A stretch of 29,274 nt of DNA from Candidatus Saccharimonadota bacterium (GCA_020428265.1 JAGQND010000001.1:1-29274); one strand, 5' to 3'; numbered from the stretch's first letter, positions 7,458 through 15,335 are shown. Notes: generated by a model not told the origin, from the letters alone. Numbers and translations are program-made.

Positions 7458-9929
7458 ATGGAGCGAATGAGGGGAAGCGACGGACGATTTAGAAAGGCAG
7501 CTGACGTAGAAGGCGTGCTTGACCAAGAAGTACAGACTGAACATGTACTGGACCCTAAGGCCTTGAATGCATTTGGTTATCTGACAAATAAGGGTAATTA
7601 CGCTGGTAAAACGTACGACGAGATAATGGCCGAAGATGCTGATCTTGATGACATACCAACCCTCGAACACCGACGTGGGCGACAACGCTCAGAACACACT
7701 CTATACCTAGCAGACCTTTTGGTAGGAAGTAAATTTAGCGACAATCAGTTTTTCAATGAGGTGGTTAATAAGATTGGCTCACTACCAAAAGAAGAGGCTC
7801 CAGATCAGATTGTTATATCAGGTCTATACATGGGAGATTTCGGCGGTCGTAAAAAGAATTCAAGGTGGATGCTTAAGAATGGACTACGAACCCTCGATGA
7901 ACAGTTTCTCCATGGAAAGTCTAAGATTGATCAGCTAAGAAATACCGATATACCAGTTGTGTATAGCTTGAGTGACAACGATATAGACATAGTTGAAGAG
8001 ATGACATTTGAGGCGTTTGAGCAAATGCATGCGCTGGCAAAACAACACATTAAAGAGCATGAGGAAAGTGATGATGTGAAGCGTCAACTTTCACGACTTG
8101 AAAAGGCAAAGGCTAATCCAAAGTGGCCAGAATACTATCGTTTTACGCAGGAAGTTGCGTTCCCATATTGCGTGCGTAGTGGACGAGCCCTCATGTCGGT
8201 GGAGGGTGTACAGCAAAAAGTTCAGGGTCTAATAGACAGTATTGCGAGCGAGCTCGAGAACGGTGATTTGACCCAGACTGAGATTACTAAATTAAACGAC
8301 CAATTGGCTCAATTGCGAAGCGATATAGTAACTGGAGTCTATAGCTTGCCGGAGCGTGAGATTCTATTTGACGCGTACAGGCGACAGTCTAGCGGGCTAC
8401 GATTGCAGCCGAAACACCGTAACATCTTAGACATAAACGCGCTTAAAGACACTAACGGGCTGCAGGTTGTCGAAGATTTTGAAATGCACACAAAAACGCG
8501 CGGTGCTGAGTATTTGGATTTAATCAGACATAGGTTTCAGACTACGAAACAGCCGGTTGCTAATTATTTTGCTGCTCCGACTAAAATCCGTAAGCAACTT
8601 GCCGCTGACGGTGAAGATAGATACGACAATATAATTTTAACTGGCCAGCATGAGGCCGCCGGTGTGTTTGGTACAAATAACGAAGCAATTCACTCGATTG
8701 GCGGTTTGCAGGATGTGCGTAAGGCTGCGAATTCTAAGGGCTACATATTGACTTCACCAGCTAATCAAATGGGTAAGGAGGTGCTGGGACGCAAGCGATT
8801 CCACCCTGCTAGCGCTACTTCAATCGAGCGTTTAGATGACGGAACCCAGATTGTAAATATATACAACAAGCACCTTATGGAAATATCAGAGAGTCTGACA
8901 GAACCTGTAACTATAATGTTGCAGTGTGACTGGCAGGCGGGTAATATTGCTTCGCGCCCTGATCTGCAGATAAAGCAGCTTGATATCGTAAATCGTCGAC
9001 TTGGACAGGGTACGTTGTATCTCGCACTCGGTGGCGACACAGTTGAAGGACGTAATTATTCTGATTTTCCACGCGAAAGTGGTCGAACGGGGCTAATGGG
9101 CATGGATCAACAGTTTGAGTTTGTACGCCTGATGGTGGAAGAGTCGTTGGAGCAATTGAATCGTGAGCAAATGGACAACTTATTAGTAAAGGCCACTATA
9201 GGTAACCACGAATACAATAGCGGCACGCTTAAATGGAACGGATATTCATTCTTTGAGCCGATAATCGACCCTTATAAAAAAGCATTTGCGTCGCGTGGAT
9301 ACACTTACGACGAAGTACGTGATAAGGTTCAGATTCAGGATACACTAGTAACTGACAAGGGCGAGCCATTTAAGACCTACGAAACAGTGTTCCGTATAGG
9401 TGAAATTGGTGTTAGTCTTAGCCACTTCTTTGGTGCTGGCCGTGGTACGGGCGGACAACCTCCGGCGTTCACTGGACTAAACCAGACGAACGGCTTGGGC
9501 GCTGTGCGTAAAGACATCGACGTTGGTATATTTGGTCATTATCACCATGCATCATATGTAGTTGGTGGCAATAAATTGTATGTTGGCGCGGGCTCTTTGA
9601 ACGGAATTACAGGGTTTGAGTATGAACGAGGGCTAAGGTCGGCAAGTTCGATTGTGTCTCTAAAACTTGCACCTGGCCGCGCTCCGCAGATTGAAATCAT
9701 GAGCGAAGAAGCAATTAATAATTATAAAATTCCAGATGGTCCATTTAGCGATAAAGAGCTCCGCAGCAATTATGGATATCGCGAGGATAAGGGCTTTGAC
9801 ATCGGTAAACATACACCCTATTTAGATGACCGTTTCCCAAAGAGTATACTCCAGAAACGCGTGTTGAGCCTAGGGCGCGAAGCAGCATTTAGTGTGGACC
9901 GTACTGGCATGCTGGGGAAGAATTTCTAG
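7458..9929 (+). CDS. Uncharacterised protein with two tandem calcineurin-like metallophosphoesterase domains (N-terminal copy degenerate)
   Basis: C-domain motifs QCDWQ, LGGD, IGNHE, LSH, FGHYHH. N-domain counterparts LYLADLLVG, VISGL, LSDND, IRH, TGQHE. Shine-Dalgarno-like AAGGGAG upstream. Confidence 0.75.
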   Translation: MERMRGSDGRFRKAADVEGVLDQEVQTEHVLDPKALNAFGYLTNKGNYAGKTYDEIMAEDADLDDIPTLEHRRGRQRSEHTLYLADLLVGSKFSDNQFFNEVVNKIGSLPKEEAPDQIVISGLYMGDFGGRKKNSRWMLKNGLRTLDEQFLHGKSKIDQLRNTDIPVVYSLSDNDIDIVEEMTFEAFEQMHALAKQHIKEHEESDDVKRQLSRLEKAKANPKWPEYYRFTQEVAFPYCVRSGRALMSVEGVQQKVQGLIDSIASELENGDLTQTEITKLNDQLAQLRSDIVTGVYSLPEREILFDAYRRQSSGLRLQPKHRNILDINALKDTNGLQVVEDFEMHTKTRGAEYLDLIRHRFQTTKQPVANYFAAPTKIRKQLAADGEDRYDNIILTGQHEAAGVFGTNNEAIHSIGGLQDVRKAANSKGYILTSPANQMGKEVLGRKRFHPASATSIERLDDGTQIVNIYNKHLMEISESLTEPVTIMLQCDWQAGNIASRPDLQIKQLDIVNRRLGQGTLYLALGGDTVEGRNYSDFPRESGRTGLMGMDQQFEFVRLMVEESLEQLNREQMDNLLVKATIGNHEYNSGTLKWNGYSFFEPIIDPYKKAFASRGYTYDEVRDKVQIQDTLVTDKGEPFKTYETVFRIGEIGVSLSHFFGAGRGTGGQPPAFTGLNQTNGLGAVRKDIDVGIFGHYHHASYVVGGNKLYVGAGSLNGITGFEYERGLRSASSIVSLKLAPGRAPQIEIMSEEAINNYKIPDGPFSDKELRSNYGYREDKGFDIGKHTPYLDDRFPKSILQKRVLSLGREAAFSVDRTGMLGKNF

Positions 9930-9971
9930 AACTATGAATACTGTGGTGGCGGACGAGAAGGTAATACGAGA

Positions 9972-10424
9972 ATGATTGCTAACGAGCCGCTACCAAAAGG
10001 TTGGAATAGGCAACACACGTTGTACTATCGAAATTGGTACAGAGTTGATTCGACGCAGAAGAATTGGCGTGATAGCGAGTCTATGATTGTGCCTATCCGT
10101 ATAGATCGCCATATTATGCTTCATCGAAACGTTTTGCCGGGTGGTGTGCACCCAAGTTTACTTAGGGAATCCATGGAGCCGCCAAAGGGTATTATGCCGA
10201 GTGAAGGTTTGGCGGGATACGGACTGAGGGTTAGTGATGAGCTGGACGGTGGGCAGGAAATTTACACTAGATTTGAAGCGTTTACAATTGTTAGAAATGA
10301 ACTTTATAGTTTATCTCGTAAGAGGCGACGAAGGGCACTAGCGCGTGAAGCCGGGAGGTTTGTTAGGTTTTTTGACGACCAATTAGAATACTTAGAAGAG
10401 CTACCGCCGAAAAGAACTGTTTGA
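9972..10424 (+). CDS. Hypothetical protein, possible degenerate His-Me (HNH-like) finger
   Basis: 150-aa ORF co-oriented with the upstream gene. Motifs NRQHTLYYR and RIDRHIMLH; basic RKRRRR patch. Confidence 0.6.
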   Translation: MIANEPLPKGWNRQHTLYYRNWYRVDSTQKNWRDSESMIVPIRIDRHIMLHRNVLPGGVHPSLLRESMEPPKGIMPSEGLAGYGLRVSDELDGGQEIYTRFEAFTIVRNELYSLSRKRRRRALAREAGRFVRFFDDQLEYLEELPPKRTV

Positions 10425-10440
10425 GACGGTATAACTCTTA

Positions 10441-10449
10441 TGTTATGAT
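10441..10449 (+). promoter_or_regulatory. Extended -10 element (TG-T-TATGAT)
   Basis: TGTTATGAT in the intergenic region upstream of the WxL-like gene. Confidence 0.4.
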
Positions 10450-10542
10450 TAAGGGAGTTATATGAACGTGGGAAGTTTTAATTAATGGATAAAATACCTT
10501 TTAAATCGAGTGGGCGCAGCATAAACACAACATTAAAAAATA

Positions 10543-11652
10543 GTGAGGAGAAGCAAGAGGATGAAAACTCTTAGTGTATTCAACCGCCGCGCTGGCGCAG
10601 TTTTTGCGACCGCCGCATTGGTGCTTTCTACCACCGTACCTGCACTTGTGTCAGCAGCTACGGTGACAGAACGATCTGTCGAAACATCGACATCAACAAA
10701 AGGCGCAGACGCCACTTATACTATTAAATTTACCACGCAAACTGCAGCTGCAGGTGGTTGGGCTGTTGACTTTTGTACAACAGTAGATGGTACTTGTACG
10801 GCGCCAACTGGCCTAAAGGTTACTAGTGGTACATCGGCAATATCAGATGGTACACTTGCAGTCGTATCAGATAACAAAATTAGCGTAACGAAGACGTTGG
10901 CTTCTGCGGCTAGTATAGATGTTGATCTAACACACGTAACTAACCCTAGCGCAGCTGGTACAGTATACGCTCGTATTACTACGCATGCTGCAAGCGGCGA
11001 CTTGCCACTTCGAGACGATCCTGTAGACAAGGGTGTAGCGGCATTTGGTATTACTGACGGCATCGAAGTATCTGGTGCTGTACTAGAATCACTAATCTTC
11101 TGTGCGTCTGGTGCTGCACTTGTACAAACTGACTGTTCAGATACAACTGCACCTAAATTGTCTCTAGGTACCGCTGGTGTGCTAACCGACGATGCATCGG
11201 ATGGCGTAGGCCACGTATACACACTACTAACAAGTAACGCCGTAGGTGGTGTGTCTGTAAACCTAAAGAGCGACGCTACAGGTTGTGGTGGATTGTACCT
11301 TGAAGGTAAATCTCCAGCAGCTGGTTGTAACATCTCACCCGTGGGCACTACTGCAATAGCTCTAGATTCTGCAGAAGCTAAGTTTGGTGCTAAGTTTACA
11401 CTTACACAGGGTACAGGTGCGACTCTAGCCCTAAATACTACTAACGGCTGGAGTGCATCTAACTACTCAATGAACTATGTAGCTCTCGATGCATCTGGTG
11501 TAACTAGTGTTTACGGCGACGAAGTGTTGTCTGTAAACGGCCCAGTAGCTAACGCAAAAGCTCAAGTAGATTTCGGTGCAAATGCAGCGCCACTTACCCC
11601 AGCTGGTAAATATGTTGCAAATCTAAGCCTAATCGCAACTGGTAAGTTCTAA
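10543..11652 (+). CDS. Secreted beta-rich surface protein, WxL-domain-like
   Basis: Signal peptide ending in VPALVSA|A; Thr/Ala/Gly-rich; three Cys pairs; C-terminal strand YVANLSLIATGKF. Likely start is ATG 10561 (AGAGG directly upstream, GAGGAG further up). Confidence 0.65.
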   Translation: MRRSKRMKTLSVFNRRAGAVFATAALVLSTTVPALVSAATVTERSVETSTSTKGADATYTIKFTTQTAAAGGWAVDFCTTVDGTCTAPTGLKVTSGTSAISDGTLAVVSDNKISVTKTLASAASIDVDLTHVTNPSAAGTVYARITTHAASGDLPLRDDPVDKGVAAFGITDGIEVSGAVLESLIFCASGAALVQTDCSDTTAPKLSLGTAGVLTDDASDGVGHVYTLLTSNAVGGVSVNLKSDATGCGGLYLEGKSPAAGCNISPVGTTAIALDSAEAKFGAKFTLTQGTGATLALNTTNGWSASNYSMNYVALDASGVTSVYGDEVLSVNGPVANAKAQVDFGANAAPLTPAGKYVANLSLIATGKF

Positions 11653-11672
11653 AGTTCTTACTGCTCTCACTC

Positions 11673-11703
11673 AAATATCACCCCTACTATAGGGGTGATA
11701 TTT
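11673..11703 (+). terminator. Intrinsic terminator or mRNA-stabilising hairpin
   Basis: Perfect 13-bp inverted repeat AAATATCACCCCT-actat-AGGGGTGATATTT, followed by an A/T tract. Confidence 0.85.
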
Positions 11704-11759
11704 ATTTACAAAATACGTAAACTTATGTAACATAAGAGTAATACATATAGGGAGTTTGT

Positions 11760-12770
11760 GTGAAAATACATAAGTTATATCTAACTGCGTTTGCTCTGGT
11801 ACTTGCTGGGGTATCTGGCGGCGTGTCGGCTATAGTAAGTGCCGCGCCTACGCCTACTGTTACTAACTCGCAGAATACTGTTAAAATCTCGCCAGTACGT
11901 AGCGACCTAAGTATAGCTCCAGGCAAAACTGGTACTGCAACTGTGCGTGTAACTAATTTATCTAAGGCCAAAATGGAACTACAGGTTATAGAAAATGACT
12001 TTGTAGATGGCAATAAAGAAGATGGTACACCGCGCCTAGTGCTGGATGCTGACAAATTCGCGCCATCACATAGCTTGAAGCGCTACATGGTGCCTGTTAA
12101 AAATGTTGTTATAGAGGCTGGCAAAGATGCTGATATAACTGTAACTATAAACGTACCCAAAGATGCCAAGGCTGGTGGTTACTATGGTGCTTTGAGGTTT
12201 CAGCCTGTAAATGTAGAGGGTGGTGCAAATGGTGGCGTGGATGCTAGTGCCGCTACATTGATACTTCTTACTGTGCCTGGCCCTATGACCGAGAAGATGG
12301 ACGTGCTAGAGTACAATGTATACCAGGGTCAAGCTACAAATAGCTGGTTTCAGAGTGCCAATGATTTGTCGCTTAAGCTACGCGTAGTAAACATGGGTAG
12401 CGCACACGTGGCGCCTATGGGCCAAATAACCGTGAAGAACGGTGACAAAGTAGTAGACACTATAAACTTCAACCAAGAAAAACCGCAAAATGTAGTGTTG
12501 CCTGACGGCAAGCGTACCTGGGACGTGCCACTTAAAAACATTGGTAGTTTTGGTCACTATACCGTGGAGGGTGTGATATCTTACGGTAGTAAAAATAACA
12601 CACTAAACCTCACTAAGTCATTTTGGGTGATACCTGTGTATGTGATTGCTATAGCTATAGGTGGTACGGTGCTATTAGTATTACTCATAGTCGGTATATT
12701 CTTGTTCCTACGTAGCTATAAAAAGCGCATACTCGGCGGCGGTGGTCGACGTGGCGGTTACCGTCGCTAA
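11760..12770 (+). CDS. DUF916/DUF3324-like (WxL-interacting protein-like) membrane-anchored surface protein
   Basis: Signal peptide; PGKTGTATVRVTN; VPKDAKAGGYYGALRF; LRVVNMGSAHVAPMG; C-terminal TM helix (FWVIPVYVIAIAIGG...) and basic tail. Confidence 0.75.
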   Translation: MKIHKLYLTAFALVLAGVSGGVSAIVSAAPTPTVTNSQNTVKISPVRSDLSIAPGKTGTATVRVTNLSKAKMELQVIENDFVDGNKEDGTPRLVLDADKFAPSHSLKRYMVPVKNVVIEAGKDADITVTINVPKDAKAGGYYGALRFQPVNVEGGANGGVDASAATLILLTVPGPMTEKMDVLEYNVYQGQATNSWFQSANDLSLKLRVVNMGSAHVAPMGQITVKNGDKVVDTINFNQEKPQNVVLPDGKRTWDVPLKNIGSFGHYTVEGVISYGSKNNTLNLTKSFWVIPVYVIAIAIGGTVLLVLLIVGIFLFLRSYKKRILGGGGRRGGYRR

Positions 12771-12774
12771 TCCC

Positions 12775-12803
12775 TTGACTAAAAACCTTGAATAATCTAT
12801 AAT
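12775..12803 (+). promoter_or_regulatory. sigma70-type promoter of tRNA-Asn
   Basis: TTGACT (12775-12780), 17-nt spacer, TATAAT (12798-12803). Confidence 0.85.
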
Positions 12804-12814
12804 TCTTCAAGTAT

Positions 12815-12889
12815 TCCCGCGTAGCTCAGCGGTAGAGCATTCGGCTGTTAACCGAAGGGCCACTGGTTCGAATCCAGTCGCGGGAGCCA
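12815..12889 (+). tRNA. tRNA-Asn(GTT), CCA encoded
   Basis: Acceptor stem TCCCGCG/CGCGGGA; D-arm GCTCAGCGGTAGAGC; anticodon arm TTCGG-CTGTTAA-CCGAA; T-loop GGTTCGAATCC; ends GCCA. Confidence 0.97.
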
Positions 12890-12926
12890 AGAAAAAACAC
12901 CCCTTTTGTGGGTGTTTTTTCTTGGC
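12886..12926 (+). terminator. Bidirectional intrinsic terminator after the tRNA
   Basis: 17-bp perfect inverted repeat GCCAAGAAAAAACACCC / GGGTGTTTTTTCTTGGC with a 7-nt loop. Confidence 0.85.
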
Positions 12927-12946
12927 CTTGTTGTTCTGTTTGCGAT

Positions 12947-12963
12947 ATCCAGTCGCGGGAGCC
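12947..12963 (+). repeat. 17-bp direct repeat of the tRNA-Asn 3' end (att-like)
   Basis: ATCCAGTCGCGGGAGCC is identical at 12872-12888 and 12947-12963. Confidence 0.9.
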
Positions 12964-12986
12964 GCCGGTGGGCTATAATAAGTAGT

Positions 12987-13529
12987 ATGAAGAGAATTAT
13001 TGTTGCGTCCGAGAATCCTGTAAAACTAAATGCCACTGAGCAAGCATTTATTAAAATGTGGCCAGATGAAGAATTTGTAGTGGAGGGTGTGTCTGTTAGC
13101 TCCGAAGTGAGTGACCAACCTATGACGAGTCAAGAGACATACGACGGTGCATACAACCGAGCCCGCAACGCCGAAACTAGCGAGCCACAGGCAGACTATT
13201 GGGTGGGGCTAGAGGGTGGAATAGAAGACGGCGACCATGGCATGGAGGCGTTTGCTTGGATGGTTGTACGTGGTGCTATGGGCAGGATTGGTAAGGGTCG
13301 TACAGGTTCTTTCTACCTGCCAGAGGAAGTTGCTGAGTTAGTGCGCGAAGGCAAAGAGCTTGGCGAAGCGGACGACATAGTATTCAAAGAGACGAATTCA
13401 AAACAAGCCGGAGGCGCGGGTGGTTTACTTACTGGTGGTTTAATAGGACGTGCCGATTACTACGAGCAAGCCATGATATTTGCATTGATACCACATAAAA
13501 ATACAGATTTATACCCAGTAGAAAAGTAA
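12987..13529 (+). CDS. yjjX: Inosine/xanthosine triphosphatase (YjjX/DUF84 family)
   Basis: MKRIIVASENPVK, SEVSDQP, GAYNRA, VGLEGG, ELGEADD, SKQAGGAGGLLT. Start re-placed at ATG 12987. Confidence 0.9.
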   Translation: MKRIIVASENPVKLNATEQAFIKMWPDEEFVVEGVSVSSEVSDQPMTSQETYDGAYNRARNAETSEPQADYWVGLEGGIEDGDHGMEAFAWMVVRGAMGRIGKGRTGSFYLPEEVAELVREGKELGEADDIVFKETNSKQAGGAGGLLTGGLIGRADYYEQAMIFALIPHKNTDLYPVEK

Positions 13530-13531
13530 CT

Positions 13532-14077
13532 CTAGTTATCGTAGTGTACAAGTGAATGTATGTCGCCACCGTAGTGTTGCAATACACTTTCACCAGGCAG
13601 GAAGTCTAGTTGTATTAGGAATGTAAATGAATGCACCTTGGCATCGAGACGTTCGACCAATTTGGCGGTAGCGTTAGCTGTGCCACCGGTTGCTAGTAGG
13701 TCGTCGTGAATCATGACTTTTTGGCCAGGTTTAAATGCATGAGTATGAACCTCGACTATTGCCGAGCCATATTCTAGGTCAAACTCTTCGCTGATAGTAT
13801 CGGGAGGTAGCTTGCCGGCCTTGCGTGCCATGACTAGTGGTATGTGAAAGTGTTCGGCTAGTAGCGCACCAAATGTAAAACCGCGACTTTCGATAGCTAA
13901 TATAGCTTCTGGCGGATTATCTTTGTAACGCTCGACTATACTTTCGACGATTTCTCGGCACAAATCTGGGTCAGCTAGTATGGGTGTGATGTCTTTGAAA
14001 TTAACACCTTTTTTAGGATAATCCGGGAGTTCGCGGATAACTGATTTAATCTTAGTTTCTAGTGGTGTATTGCTCAT
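13532..14077 (-). CDS. apt: Adenine phosphoribosyltransferase
   Basis: PDYPKKGVNFKDITP, IESRGF, RKAGKLP, LEYG, PRPP-binding HDDLLATGGT. Confidence 0.95.
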   Translation of the reverse strand: MSNTPLETKIKSVIRELPDYPKKGVNFKDITPILADPDLCREIVESIVERYKDNPPEAILAIESRGFTFGALLAEHFHIPLVMARKAGKLPPDTISEEFDLEYGSAIVEVHTHAFKPGQKVMIHDDLLATGGTANATAKLVERLDAKVHSFTFLIQLDFLPGESVLQHYGGDIHSLVHYDN

Positions 14078-14148
14078 AGTGTATCTATTGTACTAAATAA
14101 AATACATAAATAAAGCACAGGCCGAAGCATAAATAGTATAATAGTGAT

Positions 14149-14610
14149 ATGAAAGTCCATATTGCTACAGATCATGCCGGGTTAGAATTTAAAGATAAAC
14201 TCAAAAGTCATCTAGAGTCACAGGGTCACACGGTGGAAGATCACGGTGCGTACGAATATGACGCTAGTGATGATTACCCCGGTTTTATAATTGCTGCTGC
14301 TGAAGCCGTGGCGGCGGACTGGCGTACGGGCGATAAATCTTTGGGTGTAGTATTTGGTGGTAGTGGCAACGGTGAGCAAATAGCGGCCAATAAGGTGCAT
14401 GGTATACGTGCGGCACTAGTGTGGAATGAATCTACTGCGCAGCTAGCACGCCAGCATAATGACGCCAACGTGGTGTCTATAGGTGCGCGGCAGCATAGTG
14501 AGAGCGAAGCTTTGCATTTGATTGACGTGTTTTTGACAGAACCATTTAGTGCTGAAGAGCGACACGTGCGACGCATAGCGCAAATTGCTGATTATGAAGA
14601 GTCGCGCTAA
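14149..14610 (+). CDS. rpiB: Ribose-5-phosphate isomerase B
   Basis: TDHAG, DDYP, GGSGNGEQIAANKV, ARQHNDAN, RHVRRI. Confidence 0.95.
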   Translation: MKVHIATDHAGLEFKDKLKSHLESQGHTVEDHGAYEYDASDDYPGFIIAAAEAVAADWRTGDKSLGVVFGGSGNGEQIAANKVHGIRAALVWNESTAQLARQHNDANVVSIGARQHSESEALHLIDVFLTEPFSAEERHVRRIAQIADYEESR

Positions 14611-14627
14611 GCGTATATAATAGTAAT

Positions 14628-15335
14628 ATGAAAAAGTTCGCGGCGTTTGATTTGGACGGCACACTTATAAGGTGGCAGTTGTATCACACGGTCGTAGATA
14701 GACTTGCGGCTTTGGGATACTTGGGTGACACCGCAGCTCAGGATATACGTGACGCACGTATGCGCTGGAAAACTCGTACGGCTAGCTTTAAAGAATATGA
14801 ATTAGTGCTACTTACGGCTTATGAGTCAACTCTTAAAAACATACCAATTGAAGAATTCGAAAATGCTGTGGGTTTGGTTGTGCGCGAATATAAAAATCAG
14901 GTGTATACTTATACGCGCGACCTGCTAAAAGATTTGCAGGCGCAAGGGTATTTTACTATGGCTATTTCTGGCTCGCACCATGAAATGGTGGCCGAAGTCG
15001 CGCGCGAGTATGGGTTTGACGATTTTATGGGTACTGTATATAGTCGCAAAGACGGTCGGTTTACTGGCGATATGGATTCGTTTCCGGTAGCCGATAAGGC
15101 TAAAGCGCTGGCTCAGTTAGTTGCAAAACATAGTTTGACATACGACGATAGCTACGCAATAGGTGATAGCGAGAGCGATATACCAATGTTGGCTAGCGTA
15201 CAAAACCCAATAGCTTTTAATCCCGAGCGTGGATTGTTTGAAAAAGCTCGTGCACAAAAATGGAAGATAATAGTAGAGCGTAAAAACGTAGTTTATCAAT
15301 TATTGCCGGGTGAGAGTGAGTATACGTTAGTATGA
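14628..15335 (+). CDS. HAD-superfamily hydrolase, subfamily IB (SerB-like)
   Basis: Motif I FDLDGT, motif II ISGS, motif III K (ADKA), motif IV GDSESD, AFNP. Confidence 0.9.
   Translation: MKKFAAFDLDGTLIRWQLYHTVVDRLAALGYLGDTAAQDIRDARMRWKTRTASFKEYELVLLTAYESTLKNIPIEEFENAVGLVVREYKNQVYTYTRDLLKDLQAQGYFTMAISGSHHEMVAEVAREYGFDDFMGTVYSRKDGRFTGDMDSFPVADKAKALAQLVAKHSLTYDDSYAIGDSESDIPMLASVQNPIAFNPERGLFEKARAQKWKIIVERKNVVYQLLPGESEYTLV

Noticed and set aside
10430-10462. Inverted repeat TATAACTC...GAGTTATA as a terminator
   Set aside because: Only 8-bp AT-rich arms with a long loop and no U-tract. It overlaps a putative -10 element, and its function cannot be supported.
10510-10540. Possible dif site (GCGCAGCATAA-N6-...)
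   Set aside because: The left arm resembles a XerC arm, but the right arm lacks TTATG. The 11722 palindrome also lacks the 6-bp spacer.
10716-11348. 210-aa antisense ORF (also 10533-10715 and 11723-12055)
   Set aside because: Shadow frames of the well-supported + strand surface genes; Ser/Pro/Thr-rich with no motifs.
12906-12986. Longer N-terminus for yjjX in the ORF track
   Set aside because: It runs through the terminator and the tRNA repeat. The family begins at MKRIIVAS (12987), which has a -10 box at leaderless spacing.
12848-13036. 62-aa - strand ORF ending WLPRLDSNQWPFG
   Set aside because: Typical antisense translation of a tRNA gene.
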